The translations under genes were made by a program, and so were the position numbers. A DNA stretch of 58,160 nucleotides from a virus (Duplodnaviria; Caudoviricetes). This document shows positions 26,237 to 36,026 of this stretch, one piece after another (within the stretch, counting starts at the first letter, position 1; each line of letters opens with the position of its first letter). The stretch is from the IMG/VR virus record IMGVR_UViG_3300032898_000006, positions 1 through 58,160 of that record; one strand, written 5' to 3'. The notes below the pieces were generated by a model, which was given only the letters and a program-made list of their open reading frames with translations, ran no database searches and was not told the DNA's origin.

Positions 26237-27100
26237 CTAGAGCCCGTGAGATGCCAGCCAGGCGAGGAGTTCGGTGACGTCCTTCTCCGAGCTCGCGGCC
26301 ACATCCCTAATGAGGCCGGCCAGTTCGGCGAGGAGGCCGGCGGCGGGCGCAGGGGTCGGAGTCGGGGCGTCGAGCCTGCCGAGGTCGGCCTGGAGCGCGG
26401 CGAGGTTGACCCCGTGGCCGTCCGCGCCCTTGGCGACGAGTTCGCCGCCGATGACCGCCCATGCCTCGCTGGCCATGTACTGCCAGGCGGGGTACGCGAT
26501 CGGCTGCACGGCGCCCCAGGTGACGGCGTAGAGGTACTGGCTGTCGTAGCCGACGATCGGGATGCAGTGGCCGCCGACTGCCGGGCTGTCGGTGGTCTCG
26601 AGCGTCCACGGCTGCCCGGCGCTGAACGCCTGCTCCATCGCCTGCGTAACCGTGATGCCTGTGTAGGCGAAGTCGTAGGCGTTGACCGCGAACTGGAGAG
26701 TGGGCACGTCGGAGACCAGCACCGGGGCGTACGCGGCCACGGTCCGCCCGTAGTAGCCGTTCTTCTTCACATAGGCGAGGTAGTCCGACAGGACCACGCC
26801 GGAGTCCTGGCCGCCGGTGTACGTCAGGTAGTAGCTCGCCGCCTGCGCGGCTGTCGCCGGGGTCTCGGCCTCAGAGGTGTCGACCGCGGCCGCCATGAAC
26901 CCGTGCTCAAGCCCGGCGACGCCGCAGTCGCCGAGAGTGTCGTTCGAGAGCATCCCCCAGGCGGCGACCGAAGGAACGGCGACGGAGGCGGGAGGCTTCG
27001 GGAGCGGGCCCGCCGCGTAGTAGGCGAGATCGCGAAGCCCGGCGGGGATGAGAGCCGGGCGCCTGCCGTACCTGCCGGGAGCGCGCGCGGGAGTGGTCAA
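26237..27100 (-). CDS. papain-like cysteine peptidase
   Basis: NDTLGDCGVAG (Cys), GGHCIPIVGYD (His), VTWG. Confidence 0.75.
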   Translation of the reverse strand: MTTPARAPGRYGRRPALIPAGLRDLAYYAAGPLPKPPASVAVPSVAAWGMLSNDTLGDCGVAGLEHGFMAAAVDTSEAETPATAAQAASYYLTYTGGQDSGVVLSDYLAYVKKNGYYGRTVAAYAPVLVSDVPTLQFAVNAYDFAYTGITVTQAMEQAFSAGQPWTLETTDSPAVGGHCIPIVGYDSQYLYAVTWGAVQPIAYPAWQYMASEAWAVIGGELVAKGADGHGVNLAALQADLGRLDAPTPTPAPAAGLLAELAGLIRDVAASSEKDVTELLAWLASHGL

Positions 27101-27149
27101 GGGTGCCTCCGGATGCGAGACGCCCCGGCGGATGACCGGGGCGGCGGGT

Positions 27150-27473
27150 CTAGACGATCTGCAGCAGGAACGGCTGGAGCACGGGCACTTCCGGGTCGTC
27201 CGTGATCCGGAGCCAGGACTGCCATGTCCCGGTGGCGAGCGTGACGGCCCCGGCCGGCCCGATCAGGATCTGGCCCCACCACTGGTCTCCGGGGTAGGTG
27301 ATCCATTCGCCGTCGGTCCACTCCGACGGGGAGACGGCCGGGTAGGCGTTCGCGTTGGTGAACGCCCATGCGATGGTGTCCGTGGTCGGGTCGTAGTCGC
27401 CGCTGACGCTGGTGACGGCGATCAGCGTCTGCACGTACTGGGTGCTCAGCACCGACTGGGTTAGCGTCTGCAC
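27150..27473 (-). CDS. virion Ig-like/BppU-N-like protein
   Basis: LIGP.G...L..GTWQSWLRITDDPEVPV. Confidence 0.55.
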   Translation of the reverse strand: MQTLTQSVLSTQYVQTLIAVTSVSGDYDPTTDTIAWAFTNANAYPAVSPSEWTDGEWITYPGDQWWGQILIGPAGAVTLATGTWQSWLRITDDPEVPVLQPFLLQIV

Positions 27474-27483
27474 GCGGCCCTCC

Positions 27484-30030
27484 TCAGGTGTTCCGGGAGG
27501 CGCGGGCGGACCACATCTGCCGGGCGGCCGACGATGACCAGAGCTGCCGGGCGGGGCCGGCGGACCAGAGCTGCCGGGACGCGAGGGCCGTGAAGACGAT
27601 CCCGACGCCCGCCCCGCCGGTGACATCCGGCGCCGGGAACGCGGCCGAGGCGGCGATCGCGGCGGGGATGACAGTGGTCCCCGCGGTGACGGCGGGCGCC
27701 GGGAAGCCGGCGGTCCCGCTGAGCGACGGCGCGGTGATGACCGTCCCGGCGCTCATCCCGGCCGCCGGGAACGCGGCGGTGCCGGGCAGGGCGCCGGCGG
27801 TGACCGTCGCGCCCGCGCCCGTGACGGCGGCGGGGAACGCGGCGGAGGCGGCCAGCGCCGCCGGGGTGATGGTCGTCCCTGACCCGGTTGAGACAGTCGG
27901 GGCGGGGAACGACACGGTTCCGGCGAGCGCAGCAGGGGTGACGGTCTCGCCTGCGCTGACTTGCGGGGCGGGGAATCCGGCGGTGCCGCTCAGCGCGCCC
28001 GGGGCGACCCCGGACCCGGCAGCCGGCGCGGCCGCGGGGAATGATGCGCTCGCGGTCAGCGGGCCGGCGGCGGCGGTCTCGCCCGAGGAGGGCGCCGGGG
28101 CGGGGAACGCGGAGCCGACGGCCAGGACGGCCGGGGCGACGGTGGCGCTGCCCCCGGCGGAGATCGACGGGACGGGGAACGCGGCGGAGCACTGCAGCAG
28201 GGCGGCCGTGAGGTTCGCGTCCGCGCGGAAACTCACCGCGGGGAACGCGGCGGACCCGGAGAGCGCGGCGGGGGCGGCGCCCGACCCTGCGGACACGGCG
28301 GCCGCCGGGAACGCGGCGGAGCCGTCCAGCGCCGTCGCGGTGGCGCCCGACCCTGCCGCCACCGTGGCTGCGGGGAAGGCGGCGCTGCCCGCCAGGGCGG
28401 CGGGGGCGGCGCCGCTGCCCGCGCCGACCGCGGGGCCCGGGAACGCGGCGGAGGCGGCCAGGGCTGCCGGGGCGGCGGTCTCCCCGGCGGCGATCGTGAC
28501 GGCGGGGAAGACTGCGGAGGCCGCCAGCAGAATGCTGGCGATGATGGCGTCTGCCCGGAGCGCGGCGGCGGGGAACGCGGCGCTGCCTGTCAGGGTCGCG
28601 GCGGTCAGGTTCGCGTCGGCGCGGATGCCCGGCGAGGCGAAGGAGGCCGAGCCGGCGAGGACCGCGGGCGTGACAGCGGCTCCGCCGCCCGCGGTGACCG
28701 TCGGGGCGGGGAACGACACGGCGCAGGGAAGCGCGGACGGCGAGACGCCGGAGCCCGCGGCGACGGCCGGGGCCGGGAACGACGCCGGGCCGGCCAGAAC
28801 CGCCGCGGCGGCCGTCTCGCCGGCGCTGACCGCCGGCGCGGTGAAGGAGGCGGACCCCGCCAGCAGCGTCATGGTGACGGTCTCGCCGGCGCTGACCGAA
28901 GGGGGCGGCAGCGCGATCGTCCCGGCCAGCACCGACGTCGTGAGGATCTCGTCGGCCCGCAGCGACGGCGCCGGGAAGCCGGCGGAGGCCGCCAGCGCGC
29001 TTGTCGTGACGGTCTCGCCGGCCGTCACCGCGGCGGCGGGGAACGCGGCCGAGGCCGCCAGCGTCGCCGGCGTGATCGTGGCGCCCGCGGTCACCGCGGC
29101 GGCCGGGAAGCTCGCGGACCGGGCCAGGACGGACGGCGTGACGGTCGCGCCCGCGCTCACCGTCGGCGACGGGAACGAGACCGAGCCGGCCAGGACGGCC
29201 GTCGTCACGGTCTCGTCGGCCTCGACCGCCGGCGGCGCGAAGGACACCGATCCTGCGAGGACCGGGGGGGCGGCCGTGGCGCCGACCCCGTACGGCGGCT
29301 GCACCGGCAGCGGGACGATCATCCGCGGGAAGGCCATCGGGGAACTGCGGCCCGGCGGGAGCGCCACCGGGCACGCGACGGCCTGGGAGGCGGCGGCCGG
29401 GGCCGCCAGGATGATCGTCGCCCCGACAGCCCAGTTGCCGGTGCTCAGCGTGCCGGAGTACGTGACGGTGCCGCTGCTGACGAGCTGGTACCCGCAGATC
29501 CCGAAGTCGGAGGACATCTGGGTGAGGTTCGTCCAGCCGCCGCCGCTCTGGCTGACGGTCTGGCCGAATCCGACGCAGCAGGCGACGGCGATGCCCGTGC
29601 CCGTGGCGCTGCCGGTGGCGCCCGAGCTGAACGTGCCGCTGGAGCCGCCCGCCGACGCCGCGGCCACCGTGGTCGGGCTCGCGCCGAGCGCGGCCACCTC
29701 GATGCCCCACGTGCCGGTCGCGCCGCTGCCGAAGTCGGTGCCGTTGGTCACGCTGAGGCCGACCGCGGCGCTCCCGCCGACCACGTTCGGCATCAGCCAG
29801 CCCGTCGAGTACGCGACGGAACTGGCGCCGAAGTTCTCCGACCACAGCTGGGACGACCCGGCGACCGACGCCCCGTTGAACGTCGGCGCCGAGCTCGACA
29901 TGGCGGTCGTGCTGTTCGCGGCGGTGGCGAGCAGCACGACGCTGCTGCCGGCGGTGACGTTAGAGCCGAACGACCCCGACCAGCTGCTGCCGGACTGGTT
30001 GATGATCGCTGACTGGACGACCAGGGCCAT
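27484..30030 (-). CDS. long repeat-containing virion fibre/surface protein
   Basis: N-terminal beta domain plus about 25 repeats of about 22 aa (TPAALAASAAFPAPAVTAG). Confidence 0.75.
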   Translation of the reverse strand: MALVVQSAIINQSGSSWSGSFGSNVTAGSSVVLLATAANSTTAMSSSAPTFNGASVAGSSQLWSENFGASSVAYSTGWLMPNVVGGSAAVGLSVTNGTDFGSGATGTWGIEVAALGASPTTVAAASAGGSSGTFSSGATGSATGTGIAVACCVGFGQTVSQSGGGWTNLTQMSSDFGICGYQLVSSGTVTYSGTLSTGNWAVGATIILAAPAAASQAVACPVALPPGRSSPMAFPRMIVPLPVQPPYGVGATAAPPVLAGSVSFAPPAVEADETVTTAVLAGSVSFPSPTVSAGATVTPSVLARSASFPAAAVTAGATITPATLAASAAFPAAAVTAGETVTTSALAASAGFPAPSLRADEILTTSVLAGTIALPPPSVSAGETVTMTLLAGSASFTAPAVSAGETAAAAVLAGPASFPAPAVAAGSGVSPSALPCAVSFPAPTVTAGGGAAVTPAVLAGSASFASPGIRADANLTAATLTGSAAFPAAALRADAIIASILLAASAVFPAVTIAAGETAAPAALAASAAFPGPAVGAGSGAAPAALAGSAAFPAATVAAGSGATATALDGSAAFPAAAVSAGSGAAPAALSGSAAFPAVSFRADANLTAALLQCSAAFPVPSISAGGSATVAPAVLAVGSAFPAPAPSSGETAAAGPLTASASFPAAAPAAGSGVAPGALSGTAGFPAPQVSAGETVTPAALAGTVSFPAPTVSTGSGTTITPAALAASAAFPAAVTGAGATVTAGALPGTAAFPAAGMSAGTVITAPSLSGTAGFPAPAVTAGTTVIPAAIAASAAFPAPDVTGGAGVGIVFTALASRQLWSAGPARQLWSSSAARQMWSARASRNT

Positions 30031-30243
30031 CAGGCCGGCCAGCCATCCCAGCAGCCCTTGCACCCGTGGATCGCGGGGTCCGCCGGGCGCAGGCCGAGAT
30101 CCTTGGAGCCGAGCTCCCGGATCGTGGCCTGGACGTGGGCGGCGCACGCGTAGATTTCCACCGGGCTCGGCTGCATCCTGATGACGGCTGTCACCGCGGG
30201 AACCTCGCGACCCATCCGAACCCCCCCTGGCGTCCCGGCCTGC

Positions 30244-30873
30244 CTAGTCGAGCAGCTCTACCAGCCATTGCGTGCACGCGATCGTCCCGGACGCCGCCGT
30301 GCCGGTCGCGGCGAGCTCGATGCCCTGCGCCTGGGTGGTGTCGACGGCCGCCGCGGTCTCGCCGGAGATGTTCGGCATCGGCAGGGCGAAGCCCGGCGGG
30401 GGGCTCGCCGACAGGGCGATCGGGTTCGCGGCCACGGCCGCGAGGTTGTTGAACAGGTTCAGCTCACCCTGGGTGCTCAGCGTGCTCCCGGAGCTCGCGA
30501 CCGCCGTGCACCTGATCAGCGCCTCCATCTTGAACTGGATGCCGGTGACGGCGGTGGAGCCGGTCGTGATCCCGTTGGGCGCCGCGAGGGTCACGAACGT
30601 CGACCCGGCGTTGCCCTTGTTGGCGCGCAGGAAGATCGTCAGCGTGCCCGTGGTGGTCGTCGTGGTGATCCAGCCGCGGGCGGTCACCCGCAGCAGGGTG
30701 CCGACCTGCCACCCGTACGGCTGCCCGGCCGCGTTCACGACCGCGTAGTCGGCCGCCGACCCGGACAGCTGCGGGGACAGCACCGCCGTGGTGGCGGACT
30801 CGGTGAAGGTGACGCCCGGGCCGGTCGGGGTGATGCCCGGGTTGAGGAGCGCCACCCAGTTCTGCGATGCCAT
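30244..30873 (-). CDS. virion structural protein
   Basis: T/G/A-rich beta protein in the distal tail region. Confidence 0.65.
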   Translation of the reverse strand: MASQNWVALLNPGITPTGPGVTFTESATTAVLSPQLSGSAADYAVVNAAGQPYGWQVGTLLRVTARGWITTTTTTGTLTIFLRANKGNAGSTFVTLAAPNGITTGSTAVTGIQFKMEALIRCTAVASSGSTLSTQGELNLFNNLAAVAANPIALSASPPPGFALPMPNISGETAAAVDTTQAQGIELAATGTAASGTIACTQWLVELLD

Positions 30874-30892
30874 GGCAGGGGTTCCCCTTCTG

Positions 30893-31408
30893 CTACTGGG
30901 TGAGAGTGAGCTGCGACAGGCCCGAGCCTGACGGGGTGATCCCGAAAGTCCCGTTGACGGTGTTGTAGGCGCTGCCGAAGCACAGCGAGATGATGCACGG
31001 CTTCGCCACCGGCGAGCTGATGGCGTGGTTGTAGACGATGCAGCCGTAGATGCCGGTGAGCGTGGTGCTGGCCACCGATATGCCCCCCGTCCACGAGTAC
31101 GTGAGGATCGCGGCGCTGCTGGAGCCGCCGGAGATCGTCAGCGTGTCCGCGGAAACGCCGTTGGTGCTGAGCTGAACGCCGCCGGTGGCCCAGTTCGTGC
31201 CGGTGATCTCGTCGGTGTTCACCCACGCCTGGCCGCCGGAGCTCGCGAAGTTGACCGGCGAGGAGTAGTCGGTGACGCTGCTGCTGAGCAGCGAGATGTA
31301 CTCGGACGCCTGCTGGCCGGTGAGCAGGAGGTTGCCGCCGGTCTGAGTCGTGCCTTGGAAGATCGCCGAGAGCGCCCCGACGTACCACCCGGACTTGGTG
31401 TAAGCCAT
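30893..31408 (-). CDS. virion structural protein
   Basis: EITGTNWATGGVQL...IVYN...FG pattern; RBS AAGGAAGG. Confidence 0.7.
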   Translation of the reverse strand: MAYTKSGWYVGALSAIFQGTTQTGGNLLLTGQQASEYISLLSSSVTDYSSPVNFASSGGQAWVNTDEITGTNWATGGVQLSTNGVSADTLTISGGSSSAAILTYSWTGGISVASTTLTGIYGCIVYNHAISSPVAKPCIISLCFGSAYNTVNGTFGITPSGSGLSQLTLTQ

Positions 31409-31420
31409 GTCAGCCTTCCT

Positions 31421-31666
31421 TTAGCTGCCGAAGCCGATGGTCTGGTGATGGGTCGGCGGGCAGATGTTGACGTCCTGCCGGTTGTCGGACTCGGTGATGA
31501 CGGTGCCGAGCTCGTCGGTGACCTGCTTCGCCCGCTGGCCGGCGTCCGCCCCGGGGTCGTTCTCCGGGCGGGTGATCGTGGCCACCTTGTCCCGGGTCCG
31601 GCCCCCGGCCATGAACCCGATGGAGCGCATCCGCTCCCGGAACTGCTCTCGCGTCTCGCCGTCCAC
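31421..31666 (-). CDS. hypothetical protein
   Basis: RBS AAAGGGGG; VTDELG..ITE..RQDVNI. Confidence 0.55.
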   Translation of the reverse strand: MDGETREQFRERMRSIGFMAGGRTRDKVATITRPENDPGADAGQRAKQVTDELGTVITESDNRQDVNICPPTHHQTIGFGS

Positions 31667-31740
31667 GAACGGCCCCCTTTCCTGTCGCGATGGATGCCGG
31701 AAAAGCCTCGGCCGGGCGGCGAGCGGCTACGATCTGGGGC

Positions 31741-31977
31741 ATGACAGCGGGGACGACGCCGACGGCCGGCCGGACGCAGGACGGCATGCTCTCCCTGCTG
31801 CTCTCCCGCGCCTGCCGGTGCGGCCATGACCGGGGCGCTCACAGCCACTACGGCCCGGGACGGGAGTGCTCGCTGTGCCGGCCGTGCACCAGGTTCCGGC
31901 GCTCATGGCGGCGAGGCCGCCCGGCCTCGGCGGAACGCGCGCCCGACGGCCCGGAAACACTCGTCAGGGCCGCGTGA
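31741..31977 (+). CDS. small antisense zinc-binding protein (moron)
   Basis: CRCGH...H.HY...CSLC.PC..F; TACGAT 7 nt before ATG. Confidence 0.5.
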   Translation: MTAGTTPTAGRTQDGMLSLLLSRACRCGHDRGAHSHYGPGRECSLCRPCTRFRRSWRRGRPASAERAPDGPETLVRAA

Positions 31978-31981
31978 GGCG

Positions 31982-33394
31982 CTAATACCACAGGCTCGTG
32001 TTCGTGTCCCAGTAGAAGGTCCGCGATGAGTTCGCCGCGATCGTCGCGAGGACGCCCGCCGCGACGTTCGACGTCGCCTTCGCCGCGAACGTGATCTGCC
32101 CGGAGCCCTCGTTCCCGACGGCGAGCAGCTGCCCCGAGTAGGCGCCCGTCGCGAGGATGACCCCCGTGACCGCGCCGCTGTTCGTGACCGGCCAGTAGCC
32201 GGGCCCCGTCGGGCTGATCGTCCCGTTCGACGCGATCGTCTGCGGCGTGTTGTAGTCGCCGAGGGCGATGCCGCCCTGGAAGTTGAAACTCGTCGCCCAG
32301 TTGTTCGTCGCGCTGGCCAGGACCGCGTCGCCCATGATGAGACCGTAGAAGCTGAAGTTCCCGTTCTTGTTCGACGCCGTGAACGAGTAGGAGGTCCCGG
32401 CGAAGTCCATCGCCCCGGACCCGTTGAACCACTGGTTGGACGTGCTGCCGAACTGGATCGTGTACGGGGCGGTGTGGGCGTTGTCGTCCAGTTCCACGCC
32501 GAAGCTGACGGTCCCCTGGAACATGGCCGAGTAGCCGTCGGAGTTGCTCCCCGTGATGAGGAGCACCGCGTACTGGCTGGCCGCCGTCAGCATGTTGCCC
32601 TGGATGATCATCCCGGCGGCGTCGCCGATGCCGGCCCCGCCCTGCAGGACCACCCCGTTGCACACGCCGGGGGACGCCCCGCCGATCGCGTTGTTGATGT
32701 TGTGGATGATCGAGTTCCGGTCGAACGACCCGGTCGCGGTCCCCGCGGAGCCGGCCGAGTTGTCGTAGACGACCTCGCAGCCCTCGGTGTAGATGACGCC
32801 CCGGAGCTCCTCGGTCCAGTAGTACCGGTTATCGAACCAGACGCCCTTCGCGGCCGTCCCCGCGCTGTTGAAGACCCGCACGTCGATTTGCCATTGGAAG
32901 ATGTCCCCGACGCGCAGCGCGTAGGACCCGTTGGTCCCGTTGATGAGGAAGGTGCCGCCGAGGAAACCGCCGCCGGAGTAGTTCCGGGGGATGATGCTGG
33001 AACTGTCGTAGATGTTGAACAGCGGCCCCGCCGACGTGCCGACCGCGTTGAACGTGGCGCCCCACGCGAGGATCCACACCGGCTTGGCGACGCTGATCGT
33101 GACCGCGCCGGGCACCAGGTGCCACTCTCCCGGCAGCAGGGTGATCGCCCCGCCGCCCGACGGCAGCGCCGACACCGCCGCGCTGATCGCCGCCGCGTCC
33201 TTCGCCCCGGTCGTGTCGCCCGACGGCCACACGTAGCCGGGGAGCAGCTGCGACAGGGTCATCTGCTTGTTGGACCCGCCAGCCCCGGCGGGAGGGGTCG
33301 ACGTGTCGTTGGGATCCACGACGGGGAGGATGACCGCGGGCAGGACCGAAGCGCTCGCGATCGCCGACAGCCCCGTTATCTCGTAGTTCGTCAC
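31982..33394 (-). CDS. tail spike / beta-helix receptor-binding protein
   Basis: PSGDTTGAKDAAAISAAVSALPSGGGAITLLPGEW pectate-lyase-like start; N/G-rich. Confidence 0.7.
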   Translation of the reverse strand: MTNYEITGLSAIASASVLPAVILPVVDPNDTSTPPAGAGGSNKQMTLSQLLPGYVWPSGDTTGAKDAAAISAAVSALPSGGGAITLLPGEWHLVPGAVTISVAKPVWILAWGATFNAVGTSAGPLFNIYDSSSIIPRNYSGGGFLGGTFLINGTNGSYALRVGDIFQWQIDVRVFNSAGTAAKGVWFDNRYYWTEELRGVIYTEGCEVVYDNSAGSAGTATGSFDRNSIIHNINNAIGGASPGVCNGVVLQGGAGIGDAAGMIIQGNMLTAASQYAVLLITGSNSDGYSAMFQGTVSFGVELDDNAHTAPYTIQFGSTSNQWFNGSGAMDFAGTSYSFTASNKNGNFSFYGLIMGDAVLASATNNWATSFNFQGGIALGDYNTPQTIASNGTISPTGPGYWPVTNSGAVTGVILATGAYSGQLLAVGNEGSGQITFAAKATSNVAAGVLATIAANSSRTFYWDTNTSLWY

Positions 33395-33484
33395 CGGTCA
33401 CCTCCAGGGGAAGAGGCGGCCGCTATCGCGGACGGCTGCGGGATCACGGGCATGAGCGACGAGAGCGCGGCGGACGGCTGGCGG

Positions 33485-34345
33485 TCAGCCGGTGCGGAAC
33501 GATGCAGTCGCATAGCAGAAAGCGCGCACATTCGCCCCGCCGGGCCCGCTGGCGACGACGTGAGCCGTGAACGCCTCGCCCTGCGGCAGCGACCCGCCCT
33601 CCCATGGCGCCGACGACCGGGCCGTGCGCGGGTAGGACGGGACCAGCGTCGACCGGTCGCACACCGCCCCGGCGTAGATGTAAATCGCGTACTCGGCGGG
33701 ATCGGGAAGGCCGGGGGTGCCGGGCGGCTCCCACTCGAGGCGGACCGATGTCCGCCCGCCGAACGCGCGCAGGCTCCGCGGCCTCCCGTACGTCGGGTCG
33801 GCCGGGGGCGGCGCAGGCTTCCCGGAGACCGCCTCGAGCCACGGGACGGAGAAGACGTCAACGTCGTACAGACCTGCGTCCCGCCACTGGACCCCGACGA
33901 CGGGGAACGGCCCGGACGCGTTCGCGACGAGGGCGACCGCCTCCGCCTCGGTGAGGCTGTAGTCCGCGATGATCAGCCCGGCCGACGTCACGCCCCCGGC
34001 GATGAACGCGTTGACGAGGCTCGTGACGCTGTCCATCGACGCGTACCCGGCGGGCCTCCGCTGGCCGGGGCGCTTGGCCGACTCCCAGTCCGCGAGCGCC
34101 CTCCGGTACCAGCCCGGGGCGTCAGCCGGGGTAGCCGCCCCGGACTCCACGTCGAGGACGTCGGCGGTCGGGTCGGCGGCGTCCGGGTCTTGGTCGACCC
34201 GCAGCGCCCCCGGGCGGGCCTTCCAGTCGGCGTCCGTCCAGATCACCCACGGGGAGCCCGTCGCGTAGCCCATCGCCTGCCCGGCCGGGAGAGACCCGAT
34301 GTTGCCGTGGGTTGCGTCGTAGCCGGGAGTCGTCGCGATGCTCAC
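33485..34345 (-). CDS. putative endolysin, GH25-like domain plus FN3-like domain
   Basis: GYDAT, GYATG, DVLDVESG (DxE), RPAGYAS, VQW..YDVDVF; C-terminal VRLEWEPP..Y.IY. Confidence 0.55.
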   Translation of the reverse strand: MSIATTPGYDATHGNIGSLPAGQAMGYATGSPWVIWTDADWKARPGALRVDQDPDAADPTADVLDVESGAATPADAPGWYRRALADWESAKRPGQRRPAGYASMDSVTSLVNAFIAGGVTSAGLIIADYSLTEAEAVALVANASGPFPVVGVQWRDAGLYDVDVFSVPWLEAVSGKPAPPPADPTYGRPRSLRAFGGRTSVRLEWEPPGTPGLPDPAEYAIYIYAGAVCDRSTLVPSYPRTARSSAPWEGGSLPQGEAFTAHVVASGPGGANVRAFCYATASFRTG

Positions 34346-34710
34346 AGGCCATCCCCTTCGCCGCGCTCGGGGCGGCTCTCATCCCGGGCGGCTAGCGCCC
34401 GGTCAACGTGGTCGCCGACCTTCTCGGCGTGCCTGTCGAGTTGATGCCCGACGCGCTTGTGAACATGGGCGGCGGTCGCGGCCGCAAAGGACCCGCCGAG
34501 GCACGGGATCGCGGTCAGCATCATCACGACCGCCGCGATATGAGCCGCCCCGGTGCGGGGCGTCACGTCGCCGTACCCGACGGTGGACGCGGTCGCGACC
34601 GCCCAGTACAGCGCGAGCCAGAAGCTCACATGGTCCGTGAGGCTGAACGCGGCCGCCCCGCCGAGCACGCACGCGAGGGCTGCGGCGGCGAGGATCACTG
34701 CGCGCCTCAC
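34342..34710 (-). CDS. miniature 2-TM potassium channel (KcsA-like)
   Basis: TM1, pore helix ALYWAVATAS, filter TVGYGD, TP.T..A, TM2. Confidence 0.92.
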   Translation of the reverse strand: MRRAVILAAAALACVLGGAAAFSLTDHVSFWLALYWAVATASTVGYGDVTPRTGAAHIAAVVMMLTAIPCLGGSFAAATAAHVHKRVGHQLDRHAEKVGDHVDRALAARDESRPERGEGDGL

Positions 34711-35075
34711 CGGGACGCCCGCTCGAGGTGCTCGCGGTGCAGGCGGTGGATCAGGTCAAGGCGCGGTCTCCGCCCGTCCATGTCGGGGTGGTGGCGGTGG
34801 CAAAGGCGGAAAAGGTTCCCTGCGGCCGGGTACTTCCCCAGTCGCAGGCACCACGGGCTCGCATGGCATGTCCGGTGCCAGTACAGCAGGACGCCGAGCG
34901 CCGCCCACTCGAAGATCTGCAGTCCCCCGGCCTGCCCGCTCCACCAGCCGTAATAGCCGCCCGCCTCATCGCGGTTCCCGGTCAGGACGAAGAACTCGTC
35001 CCGCACGTGCGGCCACCATGCGACGACAGGAGCGATGACGGCGGCGAGGACGACGACGGGCAGGGAACGGCGCAC
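34707..35075 (-). CDS. membrane protein with C/H motif
   Basis: TM, YYGWWSG, CH...C.RLG..LCHRHHP. Confidence 0.6.
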   Translation of the reverse strand: MRRSLPVVVLAAVIAPVVAWWPHVRDEFFVLTGNRDEAGGYYGWWSGQAGGLQIFEWAALGVLLYWHRTCHASPWCLRLGKYPAAGNLFRLCHRHHPDMDGRRPRLDLIHRLHREHLERASR

Positions 35076-35086
35076 GACGGCTCCCC

Positions 35087-35506
35087 TCACAGGAGCGAGG
35101 CGGCGAGGCACAGCAGCGCGGCGGCGATCAGGATGGCGAACGTCTGCGCCCAAGCCAGCAGCCCCTTCTCCGGGCGGAGCACGGCGATCACCGACGCGAC
35201 CCCGGCGACAAGGGCGAGCGACGAGACCATGGCCGTGATCCCGCTCGCGAGCAGGTACGGGACCGCCGGGGCGACGCAGGCCGCGAACGCGGCGCCCCCG
35301 TTGGCGAGCGCCGGGGCGAGCCCGGCCTTCTCATCAGACAGCCACGCCCCGGCCGTCATGCCGACGAGCTCCGCGAGAGCCGCCCCGAGCGCGGCCCGGA
35401 ACAGGGCGTGAGGCTGGCCCGAGAGGCTCACCAGGAGACCGAGGACGAGCGTCACCCCGTCTGCCGCGCCGAACGTCGCCGCGCTTTTCAAGGCCGGGAG
35501 CTTCAC
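35087..35506 (-). CDS. VIT1/CCC1-like membrane transporter (short)
   Basis: FGAADGVTLVLGLL...AELVGMTAGAWLS...PAVPY. Confidence 0.75.
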   Translation of the reverse strand: MKLPALKSAATFGAADGVTLVLGLLVSLSGQPHALFRAALGAALAELVGMTAGAWLSDEKAGLAPALANGGAAFAACVAPAVPYLLASGITAMVSSLALVAGVASVIAVLRPEKGLLAWAQTFAILIAAALLCLAASLL

Positions 35507-35618
35507 GTGCCCGCGTCCAGGGTGACGGCGAGCCCGTCCGCCTCGGGGAGCGGGAGGCTGTCTGGTGCGCCGAGCTCCCGCAAACTCGGCGCACCAGGCT
35601 TCGAAGAGACGTGAACCC

Positions 35619-36026
35619 TCATGAGGACCCCCAGTCGGGCGTCCCGTCGCCGCCCCCGGCGAAGACCCGGCCGCCTCTGACGAGGCCGAGCGGGTTGCGG
35701 GGCTTGCCGCCGTGGATCTCGTTGGCCTCGGCTGTCCGTTGAATCTGGAAATCGACCGGCAGACCGGTGCGCGAGGCGAGGTAGGCGCCGACCGACAGGC
35801 ACAGCAGTTCCCAGCGCTCCCGGGTCGGGCAAGCTGCGGCGAACTCGTCGTCGTCGAGCATGAGGCGCACGTCCACGTCGCGGTACGACCCGGCGTCGCC
35901 GTAGCCGGCCGTGCCGACGAGGTAGGGATGCTCCCCGCCGAACGCCCGGCTGATCACCTGGCACGCCTGGTCGAGGTGGTAGAGCTCTGTGGTGGTGAGC
36001 AGGGCGGTGCGGGTCTTGGAGGTCAC
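35619..36026 (-). CDS. Pol-beta-like minimal nucleotidyltransferase
   Basis: YLVGT...YRDVDVRLML...PVDFQIQ (G[S/T]..DxD..D). Confidence 0.65.
   Translation of the reverse strand: MTSKTRTALLTTTELYHLDQACQVISRAFGGEHPYLVGTAGYGDAGSYRDVDVRLMLDDDEFAAACPTRERWELLCLSVGAYLASRTGLPVDFQIQRTAEANEIHGGKPRNPLGLVRGGRVFAGGGDGTPDWGSS

Noticed and set aside
27488-30181. 897-aa + strand ORF
   Set aside because: Codon-aligned antisense shadow of the Ala-rich repeat gene; no RBS and against operon direction
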